NCBI GenBank assembly: GCA_963555995.3 | Contig: OY821641.1 | Coordinates: 416,001-480,000, forward strand | DNA: 64,000 nucleotides | Direction: 5' to 3' | From: Vicinamibacteria bacterium | Lineage (GTDB): Bacteria; Acidobacteriota; Vicinamibacteria; Marinacidobacterales; Marinacidobacteraceae | Shown: piece by piece, positions 19,714 through 29,097 of the stretch | How positions within the stretch are numbered: position 1 is the stretch's first letter | How the letters are laid out: each line of letters begins with the position of its first letter | Translations under genes and position numbers: made by a program | Notes under the pieces: generated by a model | What the model was told of the DNA's origin: nothing | Seen by the model: the letters and a program-made list of their open reading frames with translations, nothing else | Database searches by the model: none

Positions 19714-21399
19714 ATGAGAAACACCCTGCGATGCGGCCTCGCGCTCGCCGCGCTGCTGGCAGCGCCGGCGTCCGCTCTAGCCCAGCCGGATTCCCGCGAT
19801 CCGCTGCTGAACCAGGGGCCGAAGGCGGTGGCTACCTCGGAGGGAGGGATGGTGGCGACCCAGCTCCCGAACGTGACCCGCGCGGCGGTCCGGGTGCTGG
19901 AGGACGGCGGGAACGCGGCGGACGCTTTCGTCACCGCCGTCTTCCTCCAGCACGTCGAGGACTTCCACCAGGTCTCGCACTTCGGGGCGATGTCCGGTCT
20001 CTACTACGAGGCGGCAACCGGGACGACCTACGCATTCAACGCCTTCTCGGAACGGCCCCGGGCGGACCGCTGCGGGGATGGCAAGCAGGTGGGACGGCTC
20101 GCGATCGGCGGCACCGTGCGCGGGCTCGAATCGGTCGCGGAGCGGTTCGGCACGAGGCCGTGGGCCAGCTACCTGGAACCCGCGATCGCCGCCGCCGAGC
20201 AGGGCGTCCTGGTCACGAACTTCCAGTACGCGAACAACTACAGCCTCTGGGAGAACGGGGACCTGATCCGGGAGAACGAGGAAGCGCAGGCCTTCTACAT
20301 GCCTGACGGCCATCTCGTCCCGGTGGGTGGGACCTGGAAGATGCCGGCGCTCGCCCGGACCCTGCGCGCGGTCGCCGAGCACGGCGCCGATCATCTCTAC
20401 ACGGGCGAATGGGCGAAGAAGTTCGTGGAGCAGGCGACAAGGCGCGGTTTCTGCGTCACGCTCGAGGATCTCGCCGAGTACGAGACGCGCTGGCTGGAGC
20501 CGGCGCGCTTCACCTACCGGGGCCACGAGATCCTCGTCGAGCCGCCCCCGAACAAGGGGGGCCTGCTGGTCGGGCAGAACCTGAACGTGCTGGAGCAGTT
20601 CGACCTCACGGCGACGGGCCATTTTGCCGAGTCCCCGGAAACCCTCGAGATCATGGTCCGGAGCTTCGGCAAGGTCGAGTCGGACATGAAGTGGTCCATC
20701 CAGGACCCGGCCGCCTACCGGAACCCGTACGAACTCTGGAACTCGAAGGAATACGCCCGGCTCAGCGCCGAGTTCGTCCGGCAGACCATGCCGCAGCCGG
20801 GGGTGGACCTGACGGCCATGATGGCGAGCGAGGCGGACGGAACGAACGTCGCCGCCTCGATGACCCTCGGCAGCAACCACAACGTGATCGTGGACGCCGA
20901 GGGCAACTGGGTCAGCTCGCTCCACACCGGGCACGGCGGGGCCCCGGGCATCTTCATCGACGGCGTCCGGGCGACCGGGAGCGGCGTGAAGGCCGAGACG
21001 ATGGGGCCGGGACGCCGCATTCTCGCCGAGGTCACCGGGGTGTTCGTGATGCGGGACGGCAGGCCCTGGCTCACGCTCGGAACCCCCGGGTTCCCGCCGC
21101 AGCCGGTGACCGAGGTCCTCGTGAACATCCTGGACTTCGGGATGCATCCGAAGGACGCGGCGGATGCACCGCGCTTCTGGGCGTTCCTCTACGGCCAGAC
21201 CGAGCGGCGATTCCTGCGCATCGAGTCCCGGATCTCCGACGAGGTCCGGCGGGGAATGGCGAGAAGCGGAATCGCGATGGAGGAACTCGGCGACTACAAC
21301 TGGCACACCGGCTCGATGCAGATCATCTGGCGCGGTGACGACGGAAAACTTTACGGGGTCAGCGACCCGAGACGACTCGGACTCGCTGCCGGACACTGA
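19714..21399 (+). CDS. gamma-glutamyltransferase-fold Ntn hydrolase, divergent (paralogue 1)
   Basis: signal peptide; GGNAADA, RFGT.PW..LEPAI, PPP..GG, VD.EGN, SDPRR; nucleophile site reads SNHNVIVD. Confidence 0.88.
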   Translation: MRNTLRCGLALAALLAAPASALAQPDSRDPLLNQGPKAVATSEGGMVATQLPNVTRAAVRVLEDGGNAADAFVTAVFLQHVEDFHQVSHFGAMSGLYYEAATGTTYAFNAFSERPRADRCGDGKQVGRLAIGGTVRGLESVAERFGTRPWASYLEPAIAAAEQGVLVTNFQYANNYSLWENGDLIRENEEAQAFYMPDGHLVPVGGTWKMPALARTLRAVAEHGADHLYTGEWAKKFVEQATRRGFCVTLEDLAEYETRWLEPARFTYRGHEILVEPPPNKGGLLVGQNLNVLEQFDLTATGHFAESPETLEIMVRSFGKVESDMKWSIQDPAAYRNPYELWNSKEYARLSAEFVRQTMPQPGVDLTAMMASEADGTNVAASMTLGSNHNVIVDAEGNWVSSLHTGHGGAPGIFIDGVRATGSGVKAETMGPGRRILAEVTGVFVMRDGRPWLTLGTPGFPPQPVTEVLVNILDFGMHPKDAADAPRFWAFLYGQTERRFLRIESRISDEVRRGMARSGIAMEELGDYNWHTGSMQIIWRGDDGKLYGVSDPRRLGLAAGH

Positions 21400-21421
21400 A
21401 ACACCAACAGGGGGGAGCGTC

Positions 21422-23119
21422 ATGAAAAAGAGCTCTACAACCAAACAACTTCTGGTCGCGGTGGGGATACTTGCCCTCGCCGCCACCGGGATGGCCCAGA
21501 ACGGACCCGATCCGCAACTGAACCAGGGGCCGAAGCCGACGGTGACCGGCGACTCGGTCATGGTGGCCACCCAGCTTCCGGTGGTCAGCGAGGCGGCGCT
21601 CCAGGTGCTGAAGGACGGCGGCAACGCGGTGGACGCCATGGTGACCGCCGTCTTCGTCCAGCACGTCCAGGACTTCCACCAGGTCTCGCACTTCGGGTCG
21701 ATGTCGGTGATCGGCTACGACGCCGCGAGCGACACCTACTGGTCGCTGAACGCGGTCTCGGAGCGTCCCCGCGCCGACCGGCACGACCACGGCGACGTGT
21801 CCAAGGTCGCCATCGGCGGCGTGGTGCGCGGCCTTGAAGCCATCGCGGACCGCTACGGCAGCGGGACCATGGAGTGGTCGCAGTACCTGCAGCCGGCCAT
21901 CGCCTCCGCCGAGGAGGGCGCCATCGTCACCTCGTTCATGTACGGCATCAACTACAACCTGATGGAGCAGGGGGACCTCGTCAAGAACCCCGAGGCCCGC
22001 GAGGCCTACATGGCGAACGGCCACCTGGTGCCGGTGGGCGAGCGCTGGAAGCGGCCGGCGCTCGCCGAGCACCTGAAGATGGTCGCCTCCGAGGGCGCCG
22101 ACTACATGTACACCGGGGCCTGGGCCGAGAAGTTCGTGAAGGCCGCGAACGCGAAGGGCTACGCGGTCAGCATGCAGGACATGGCGGAGTACAGGCCGCA
22201 CTGGGACGACCCGACCAAGTTCACCTACCGAGGGCTCGACTTCTACGGCTCGCCGCCGCCCGATACCGGCGGCGTCATCGTCGGCAGCAACCTCAAGATC
22301 CTCGAGAACTTCGACCTGAAGAGCCTGGGGCACTACAGCGAGTCGCCCGAGGCGCTCGAGATCATGATCCGGGCCTTCGGCCGCGTCTCCGACGAGACCC
22401 GCTGGGTCATCAAGGATCCGCTCAACTTCCGGATGCCCACCGATCTCTGGCTCTCGGACGAGTACGGAAAGCTCGGCGCCACCTTCGTCGAGAACACGAT
22501 GCTGCTGGACGGCGTGGATCTCTCGAACAGCGAGACCCCCGAAATGACGGCTTCTCTCTTCCCGCCGGGAGCGGGCGGGGCGGACACCGCGGATCTCGGG
22601 AGCAACCACAACGTCATCGTGGACTCGCACGGCAACTGGGTCTCCATGCTCCACACCGGGCACGGCGGGGCGCCGGGCATCTTCATTGACGGGGTGCGGG
22701 CCACGGGGAGCACCGCGCGCGCCGCCACCGCGGGTCCCGGCCGCCGCCTGGTGCTGCCCATCACCGGGATCATCGTGGCGAAGGACGGCAAGCCCTGGCT
22801 CGCGATGGGCACCCCGGGCTCGCCGCCGCAGCCGGTCACCGAGGTGCTCGTGAACATCATTGACTACGGCATGCATCCGAAGGACGCCGCCGCCGCGCCG
22901 CGCTTCTGGGCGTTCCGGGGAGGCGAACGGGGCGTGCAGATCGAGTCCCGCATCTCCGACGCGGTCCGCAAGGGCATGAAGAAGAGCGGGATCGGGATCA
23001 CCGATCTCGGCGCCTACAACTGGCACACCGGCTCCATGCAGATCATCTGGATGGGGGACGACGGCAAGCTCCACGGAGCGACGGATCCGCGGCGCCTCGG
23101 CGTCGTCGTCGGTTACTGA
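21422..23119 (+). CDS. gamma-glutamyltransferase-fold Ntn hydrolase, divergent (paralogue 2)
   Basis: signal peptide MKKSSTTKQLLVAVGILALAA; GGNAVDA, SPPP..GG, SNHNVIVD, TDPRR. Confidence 0.88.
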   Translation: MKKSSTTKQLLVAVGILALAATGMAQNGPDPQLNQGPKPTVTGDSVMVATQLPVVSEAALQVLKDGGNAVDAMVTAVFVQHVQDFHQVSHFGSMSVIGYDAASDTYWSLNAVSERPRADRHDHGDVSKVAIGGVVRGLEAIADRYGSGTMEWSQYLQPAIASAEEGAIVTSFMYGINYNLMEQGDLVKNPEAREAYMANGHLVPVGERWKRPALAEHLKMVASEGADYMYTGAWAEKFVKAANAKGYAVSMQDMAEYRPHWDDPTKFTYRGLDFYGSPPPDTGGVIVGSNLKILENFDLKSLGHYSESPEALEIMIRAFGRVSDETRWVIKDPLNFRMPTDLWLSDEYGKLGATFVENTMLLDGVDLSNSETPEMTASLFPPGAGGADTADLGSNHNVIVDSHGNWVSMLHTGHGGAPGIFIDGVRATGSTARAATAGPGRRLVLPITGIIVAKDGKPWLAMGTPGSPPQPVTEVLVNIIDYGMHPKDAAAAPRFWAFRGGERGVQIESRISDAVRKGMKKSGIGITDLGAYNWHTGSMQIIWMGDDGKLHGATDPRRLGVVVGY

Positions 23120-23139
23120 CGATGTAACGCTCACCAGGG

Positions 23140-23164
23140 GGAGCGCCGGTCTTCAGACCGGCAC
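23140..23164 (+). repeat. REP-like hairpin
   Basis: GGAGCGCCGGTCTTCAGACCGGCAC. Confidence 0.75.
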
Positions 23165-23229
23165 CGCCCGCCGGAGGCGGGCGAGACTTGCGCGCCGCCG
23201 ACCAGCGGCGAGCGCGCAGAGGTTCAACC

Positions 23230-24927
23230 ATGCGATTCTTCACTCCAACAGCCTGTCTATTGCTGGCCGCCGGACTCGCATCCGGCCAGCACCCGCCCGA
23301 CGCGCGGGACGCGCTCTACAACCAGGGACCCAAGCAGGAGGCGGTCGGCGACTCGGTGATGGTGAGCACCCAACTCCCCATCGTCACCGAGACCGCGCTC
23401 GAGGTGCTCCGGAACGGCGGGAACGCGATTGACGCCTTCGTCACCGCGGTCTTCCTCCAAAACGTCGTGGACTACCACCAGGTGAGCCTCTTCGGCGCCA
23501 TGGGCGGCCTCTACTACGAGGCCGCGACCGGGAAGTACCACGTGTTCGAGTCCTACTCGGAGCGGCCCCTCGCGGGCCGCTGCGGCGAGGGGGATCCCTC
23601 CCAGGTCGCTATCGGCGGCAAGGTCGCGGGCCTCGGCGCCCTCGCCGACCGCTTCGGGACGATGGAGTGGGCCGATTACCTGGAGCCGGCCATCAAGGCG
23701 GCGGACGAGGGCGTGCTGGTCACCTCCTTCATGTACGCGAACAACTACAACAGTTGGGAGACGGGCGACCTCATCCAGCAGAACGACGAGGCGCGGGCGC
23801 ACTACATGCCGGACGGCCATCTCGTCCCGGTGGGGCACCTCTGGAAGATGCCGGCGATGGCGAAGACGCTCCGCGGGATCGCTTCGGAGGGGGCGGACTA
23901 CCTCTACACCGGCGCCTGGGGGCAGAAGTTCGTCGAGAAGTCCCGCGAGAAGGGCTACTGCGTGAGCCTCGAGGACATGGGGGCGTTCGAGGTGCGCTGG
24001 TCGGATCCCGTGCGCTCCACCTACCGCGGCTACGAGGTCCTGAGCGAGTCCCCGCCCAAAAAAGGCGGCATCCAGATCGGCTACAACCTGAACATCCTCG
24101 AGAACTTCGATCTGGCGAGCATGGGCCACTTCGCCGAGTCGGTGGACACCCTCGAGATCCTCACCCGCACGCTCGGCCGGGTGGAGACCGACATGCGCTA
24201 CGGAGTCACCGATCCCCTGGCGTTCCAGATCCCGACCGCCGTCTGGCTCTCGAAGGACTACGCGAAGTTCGGCGCGGAGTTCGTGCGGACCACGATGGTC
24301 GTGCCGGGCGTGGACCTGACCCCGCCCACCGCCACCGCGGCGCTCCGGCGTCCGGAGCCGGTGCGGATCGCGCGGTCAGCGGACGCCCCGTCCATGGTGG
24401 ACGAGAGCAACCACAACGTCATCGTGGACGCGGAGGGGAACTGGATCACCTCGCTCCACACCGGGCACGGCGGCGCGCCGGGGATCTTTCTCGACGGTGT
24501 GAAGGCGACCGGCAGCGGCTTCCCCGGCCGGACGGTCGGGCCCGGCCGCCGGGTCAGCCCGAACAGCACCGGCACCATCGTGGCGAAGGACGGGGTGCCC
24601 TGGCTCTCCCTCGGCTCACCGGGGGTGCCGCCCCAGCCCGTCACCCAGGTGCTGGTCAACATTATCGACTTCGGGATGACGCCGGGCGACGCGGCTGACG
24701 CGCCGCGCTTCTTCGCCTTCCGGGGCGGCGAGCAGGTGCTCGCCATCGAGTCCCGGATCGCCGACGAGGTGCGGAAGGGGCTCAAGGCCCGCGGCATCCG
24801 GATCCAGGACCTCGGGCCCTACAACTGGCACACTGGCTCGATGCAGATCGTCTGGCGCGACCCGGACACCGGCAAGCTCCACGGGGTCACCGACCCCCGC
24901 CGCCTCGGCCTCGCCAAGGGGTACTGA
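23230..24927 (+). CDS. gamma-glutamyltransferase-fold Ntn hydrolase, divergent (paralogue 3)
   Basis: signal peptide; GGNAIDA, SNHNVIVD, TDPRR; clearly paralogous to the two upstream genes. Confidence 0.88.
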   Translation: MRFFTPTACLLLAAGLASGQHPPDARDALYNQGPKQEAVGDSVMVSTQLPIVTETALEVLRNGGNAIDAFVTAVFLQNVVDYHQVSLFGAMGGLYYEAATGKYHVFESYSERPLAGRCGEGDPSQVAIGGKVAGLGALADRFGTMEWADYLEPAIKAADEGVLVTSFMYANNYNSWETGDLIQQNDEARAHYMPDGHLVPVGHLWKMPAMAKTLRGIASEGADYLYTGAWGQKFVEKSREKGYCVSLEDMGAFEVRWSDPVRSTYRGYEVLSESPPKKGGIQIGYNLNILENFDLASMGHFAESVDTLEILTRTLGRVETDMRYGVTDPLAFQIPTAVWLSKDYAKFGAEFVRTTMVVPGVDLTPPTATAALRRPEPVRIARSADAPSMVDESNHNVIVDAEGNWITSLHTGHGGAPGIFLDGVKATGSGFPGRTVGPGRRVSPNSTGTIVAKDGVPWLSLGSPGVPPQPVTQVLVNIIDFGMTPGDAADAPRFFAFRGGEQVLAIESRIADEVRKGLKARGIRIQDLGPYNWHTGSMQIVWRDPDTGKLHGVTDPRRLGLAKGY

Positions 24928-24941
24928 CGGCGCGACGGCCT

Positions 24942-25134
24942 GGAGCGCCGGCTTCAGCCGGCACGCGGCCCGCAGAGCGCGTCGGGCTGCTCTACCGCAT
25001 GGCGCGACGGCTTGGAACGCCGGCTTCAGCCGGCACAGCCCGCCGAAGGCGGGCGGCGAGACGGACCTCATGCGCCGGGATGGCTCGGCAGCGCGCGCCA
25101 ACGCACCCGGGGTGCCGGCTGAAGCCGGCGTTCC
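24942..25134. repeat. REP cluster / REPIN-like element
   Basis: REP cores at 24942 (+), 25014 (+) and 25112-25134 (-); internal sequence shared with 41439-41593. Confidence 0.88.
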
Positions 25135-25250
25135 CAGCCGGCGCCGCCCTCATGGCTCCTGGAGAAGGCGCGGGACTGCATTTTCACAGCAACGGCTTCA
25201 GCCGCCACGCGGCCCGCAGGGTGGCAAGGTATGTAACCCTCCCGGTGGGA

Positions 25251-25286
25251 TTGTATATGGATTTCCATACGTATATGGTTCTCCAT
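25251..25286 (+). promoter_or_regulatory. promoter with tandem TATGG-n4-CCATA operators
   Basis: TTGTAT (25251-25256), 17 bp, TATGGT (25274-25279); TATGG-ATTT-CCATA and TATGG-TTCT-CCATA palindromes. Confidence 0.6.
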
Positions 25287-25571
25287 ATGAAGACGACCCT
25301 GAACATTCCGGACCCCGTAATGCAGCGTTTGCGCGAAGAGGCCGCGCGGCGCGGAACCACCATGTCCTCCCTGGTGGAAGCCGGACTGCGGCTGATCCTC
25401 GCCGAGTCCGGCGATCACTCCTCCGACAAGGAGTTGCCGCCGCTTCCTCGCTGGCATGGAGGCCGTCCCTTGGTGGACATCACGGACCGGGAGGCTCTGG
25501 ACCACGTGCTGAACGCGGAGCGTGACGAGCGGCTCTACGGCGTCCGACCGGCCGAGACTTCGGAAACGTAA
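25287..25571 (+). CDS. VapB-like RHH antitoxin
   Basis: MKTTLNIPDPVMQRLREEAARRGTTMSSLVEAGLR; abuts the PIN gene. Confidence 0.85.
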   Translation: MKTTLNIPDPVMQRLREEAARRGTTMSSLVEAGLRLILAESGDHSSDKELPPLPRWHGGRPLVDITDREALDHVLNAERDERLYGVRPAETSET

Positions 25572-26018
25572 TTGCTCGTCTTCGATTCGAACGTTCTGGT
25601 GGACGCCGCCAACCAGGACTCCCGATTTCACGACCCTTGCCGCCGGCAACTCGCCGCCGCCCGGAAGAGCACCTCTCCCGCTTTTCTTCCTTGGAGCGTG
25701 TGTTATGAGTTCCTGCGGGTCACGACGCACCCGAACGTGCTGCCGTCGCCATGGACGTCGCGGCGAGCGCTTGAGTTTCTGGAAGCGGTACTCGCATCAC
25801 CGGCCTTCGACCTTCTCGTTGCGACGCGACGCCACGCCGCAGTATTGGCCCAGACGGTTGCGGAAATCCCGGATCTCCGCAGCAACGTGATGCACGATGT
25901 CCACATCGCTGTTCTCATGCGGGAACATGGCCTGACCCGAATCTGCACCCGGGACGGGGACTTTCGCCGCTTTTCTTTCCTGACGGTGCTGGACCCCACG
26001 TATGAAACCCGCTGGTAG
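25572..26018 (+). CDS. vapC: VapC/PIN-domain toxin
   Basis: VFDSNVLV, YEFLRVTTHP, HDVHIAVLMREHG, TRDGDF. Confidence 0.9.
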   Translation: MLVFDSNVLVDAANQDSRFHDPCRRQLAAARKSTSPAFLPWSVCYEFLRVTTHPNVLPSPWTSRRALEFLEAVLASPAFDLLVATRRHAAVLAQTVAEIPDLRSNVMHDVHIAVLMREHGLTRICTRDGDFRRFSFLTVLDPTYETRW

Positions 26019-26072
26019 ACGCGGTGCGATCACGGCGGCCGACGTTGCCGCGCCAAGCGCTCCAACACCCCC

Positions 26073-26969
26073 TCAGTTGATCGGTTCGCCCTCCGCGTAC
26101 GCCCGCTCGCGGTGGAGCTCCTGAAGCCGCAGGGTGAGCGGGCCGGGTGATCCGCTGCCGATTCGACGCCCGTCCACCTCGAGCACCGGGGTCAGCGCGC
26201 CCGCGGTGCCGGTCGTGAACATCTCGTCGGCGGTATAGACCTCGGTCAGCGAGAGGTTCTTCTCGCACACCCGAAGGCCGTCTTCGTGGGCCGCCTCGAT
26301 TACGGTCGCCCGGGTGACGCCGGGGAGGCATGCGTGGGTGTGCGGCGTCTCCAGCGCCCCGTTCCGGACAAAAAAGACGTTCGTGGCGTTCGTTTCGGAG
26401 ACGAAACCGTCGAGATCCAGCATGAGCGCGTCGTCCACGCCGGCGTGGTTGGCCTCGATCTTGGCCAGGATGTTGTTGATCAGGTTGGCGTGGTGGATCT
26501 TCGAATCAATGCACTGGGGACTGTTCCGCCGGATCGAGGAGGTGATCAGGCGGATGCCCTCGGGGTCGTAGACCAGCGGCTTCCATTCCGGCAACACGAT
26601 GAGCGTGCAGCCCGACCGGTTCCATTCGGGGCTCATTCCGGACGTGACCTTCTCCCCGCGCGAGAGGGTCAGCCGAACGTGCACGCCGTCCGTCATGCCG
26701 TTGGCCCGCAGCGTCTCGAAGAGTGCGGCCCGCACCGTTTCCCGGAACGGCGCCTGCCCGAAGTCCATCGCGTGCGCGGACCCGAACAGCCGGTCCAGGT
26801 GCCGGTCGAGGTCGGCGACGCGCCCCCGATAGACCCGCAACCCCTCCCAGACCGCGTCGCCACCCTGCACCGAGCTGTCGAAGACGGACACCTTCGCCTC
26901 CGAACGGGGCTTCAGCTCGCCGTTGATCGAAACCAGAATGTCGGCGTTTCGCGGGTCCGGAAGTTCCAT
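26073..26969 (-). CDS. class IV PLP aminotransferase (branched-chain/D-amino acid type)
   Basis: VSVFD...GD.VWEGLR, HLDRL, SKIHHANLINNI, ETNATNVF, LPGVTR, ADEMFTTGT. Confidence 0.9.
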   Translation of the reverse strand: MELPDPRNADILVSINGELKPRSEAKVSVFDSSVQGGDAVWEGLRVYRGRVADLDRHLDRLFGSAHAMDFGQAPFRETVRAALFETLRANGMTDGVHVRLTLSRGEKVTSGMSPEWNRSGCTLIVLPEWKPLVYDPEGIRLITSSIRRNSPQCIDSKIHHANLINNILAKIEANHAGVDDALMLDLDGFVSETNATNVFFVRNGALETPHTHACLPGVTRATVIEAAHEDGLRVCEKNLSLTEVYTADEMFTTGTAGALTPVLEVDGRRIGSGSPGPLTLRLQELHRERAYAEGEPIN

Positions 26970-26985
26970 GTTCGACCGCGGCGCT

Positions 26986-27276
26986 TCACGCCGCCTCCAG
27001 GGGCGTGATGTCCGAGAGGTCCGCCGTCTTCCGGGCGCTGGCGAGGTCGTACGCCCGCTGCAGGTTCACCCAGAACTCCGCAGTGTTGCCGAAGAACTTC
27101 GAGAGCCTCATTGCAGTATCAACGGTCAATGCGGTCTCACCCCTGACCAGCCGTTCGATGCGGGTTCGGGGCACGTTCAGTCGCCTGGCGAGTGTGATGG
27201 CGCTCATGCCGAGCGGGTCCAGATACAACTCGACAAGTACTTCGCCCGGGTGCGAGGGGTTCTCCATCAAGGTCAT
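26986..27276 (-). CDS. higA: HigA antitoxin
   Basis: HPGEVL.E.YL.PLG, LNVPRTRI, TAMRLSKFFG...FW.NLQ..YDL. Confidence 0.92.
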   Translation of the reverse strand: MTLMENPSHPGEVLVELYLDPLGMSAITLARRLNVPRTRIERLVRGETALTVDTAMRLSKFFGNTAEFWVNLQRAYDLASARKTADLSDITPLEAA

Positions 27277-27288
27277 TTCTCTGCTCCT

Positions 27289-27570
27289 TCAGTGATAGTC
27301 CACGATTTCGACATCTGCCGGCCCTTGATCGGTCCACACGAAGCAGATGCGCCACTGGTCGTTGATCCTGACCGAGTACTGGCCGGCTCGATTCCCTTTG
27401 AGTGCCTCGAGCCGGTTCCCGGGAGGAAACCTGAGGTCGTCCACAACGACCGCGGCTTCCATGGCGCTGAGAATGGCCCGGGTCCGTCGGGCCAGGTCGT
27501 GCGGGAATCCCTTGCCATAGAGATTCCGGACAGCCCCGGCCGCGAGTTTCCCCTTCGTGCTCACGATCAT
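27289..27570 (-). CDS. higB: HigB (RelE/ParE superfamily) toxin
   Basis: DLRFPPGNRLEALKGNRAGQYSVRINDQWRICFVW..VEIVDYH. Confidence 0.95.
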   Translation of the reverse strand: MIVSTKGKLAAGAVRNLYGKGFPHDLARRTRAILSAMEAAVVVDDLRFPPGNRLEALKGNRAGQYSVRINDQWRICFVWTDQGPADVEIVDYH

Positions 27571-27575
27571 GACCG

Positions 27576-27600
27576 ATATGTATCATAGCATGATACATAT
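27576..27600. promoter_or_regulatory. HigA operator (perfect 11-bp inverted repeat)
   Basis: ATATGTATCAT-AGC-ATGATACATAT immediately upstream of the higB start. Confidence 0.7.
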
Positions 27601-27671
27601 CGCGGTGCTCCGTCGAAGATCGAATCCGGAAACGGTGTCTGGCGCCGTTCCCGGCTCTCGGTGCTGATTCC

Positions 27672-29093
27672 CTACTGGCTCCCCCCGATCAGCAGCAGCT
27701 CCGTCTGCTTGGGCGCGAAGTACTCCACGTCGCCCTCGGGGAGCACGCGGGCGTTCTCCTCGATGCGGATCGGGAGCACCAGGCCGTCCCACTCCGGAAT
27801 CGGGGTGCTCACGTGCAGCTCGACCGAGTACCACGCGTCGGCCCGCAGGGGATACCGCACCCGGTCCCCGTAGGCGAAGGGCCAGTCCACCGCGACCCGC
27901 GCCCCGATGTCGTGGGTGGAATTCCCGACCGAATGGGAATAGACGCCGACTTCGGCCTGCCGGGGGTCCACCTCCTCGTTGCCCCCCGTCTTCGGCTGAC
28001 CGGACTGGTACCCCAACTCCCCGACGTCTTCCATCGTCGCCTCCCAGACCTCGTGGGCGATGGCTCCCGGCTTCCAGTGGCTGGTCAGGATGTCGGTGAC
28101 TTCGAGCGCCTTCTGGAACGCGTTCCGGATGCTCTCCGGGGCCTCGGTCTCTCCGGGCCGCAGCACGTAGGCGGTCCGCTTGATGTCGGTGCGGTAGTCG
28201 AGGTAGCCGACCCCGGCGTCCACCGACAGGATGTCCCCCGGCATCACGACGTGGGCCGCGCTGTTGATCGGCAGGTTCTCCCCGTTCCGGGTGATGCGTA
28301 CTCCCGGAAGGAACTCGTTGATGAGCCCGAGCTCCATGGTCCGCTGCCGCATCCACCAGTGGATGTCGGCGATGGTGGTCTCCCCCACGGTGATCACCGC
28401 GTCGGAAAAGGCCTCCTCCTCCCAGGCGACCGTCCAGGCGCAGAGGTCGCTGAAGACCGGAATCTCCTCGGGGATGTGCATCTCCCGGAAGTCGCGAATC
28501 ACGAGCTCCGCCGACACCATGCGGGACGAGTACTTCTCGCCGAGCGTCTCCTCGAGGAAGTTCCGGAGCGTCCAGGTGAGGCCGTCCGCCATCGGCAGGG
28601 TGGGAGAGACGTTGAGACCGATCCGCTGCGGGTCGCGTTCCTCGATCACGCGCCGGAGATGCGGGCGGACGCCCTCCTCGGTGTAGCCGTAGAAGATGTG
28701 AACGTCGTAGGCGTCGCTGATCGTGGGGTCGCGGAGCGAGTGGGACCCGATGAAGATCTTCTCCGGCGAGTCTTCGCCGCGGTCGAAGAAGATGTAGGCG
28801 TTCCGCACCCCTCCCCAGCCGCCGCCGATCTCGGAAAGGATCGGGTCCACGTGGTGCTCGCGGCTGAAGGTCAGCCACATATCAATGTCGTGCGCCCGCA
28901 TCGCCGGGAGCACGACGGTGTCCAGCCGCTTCGTGATGAGGTCCTTCCGGATCTGGGCGCGTTCGCGGGCGTCGGGGATGTCGAGGACCTCGGTGGGGCG
29001 CGCGTCGGCATCACCGGCCGTGTCGGCGCCCATCGGGCCGCAGCCGGCGGCCACCGCCAGCGCCGTGGTCAGTAGCAGGCTTGTTCGAATCAT
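27672..29093 (-). CDS. M24-family (Xaa-Pro aminopeptidase-like) lipoprotein
   Basis: lipobox AAGC; metal ligands in VDAG..TD, HSVG...H, VE, IEE. Confidence 0.85.
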   Translation of the reverse strand: MIRTSLLLTTALAVAAGCGPMGADTAGDADARPTEVLDIPDARERAQIRKDLITKRLDTVVLPAMRAHDIDMWLTFSREHHVDPILSEIGGGWGGVRNAYIFFDRGEDSPEKIFIGSHSLRDPTISDAYDVHIFYGYTEEGVRPHLRRVIEERDPQRIGLNVSPTLPMADGLTWTLRNFLEETLGEKYSSRMVSAELVIRDFREMHIPEEIPVFSDLCAWTVAWEEEAFSDAVITVGETTIADIHWWMRQRTMELGLINEFLPGVRITRNGENLPINSAAHVVMPGDILSVDAGVGYLDYRTDIKRTAYVLRPGETEAPESIRNAFQKALEVTDILTSHWKPGAIAHEVWEATMEDVGELGYQSGQPKTGGNEEVDPRQAEVGVYSHSVGNSTHDIGARVAVDWPFAYGDRVRYPLRADAWYSVELHVSTPIPEWDGLVLPIRIEENARVLPEGDVEYFAPKQTELLLIGGSQ

Positions 29094-29097
29094 CGCG

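Noticed and set aside
27273-27518. Alternative ORF overlapping higB and abutting higA
   Set aside because: The canonical HigB motifs are in the 27289-27570 frame.
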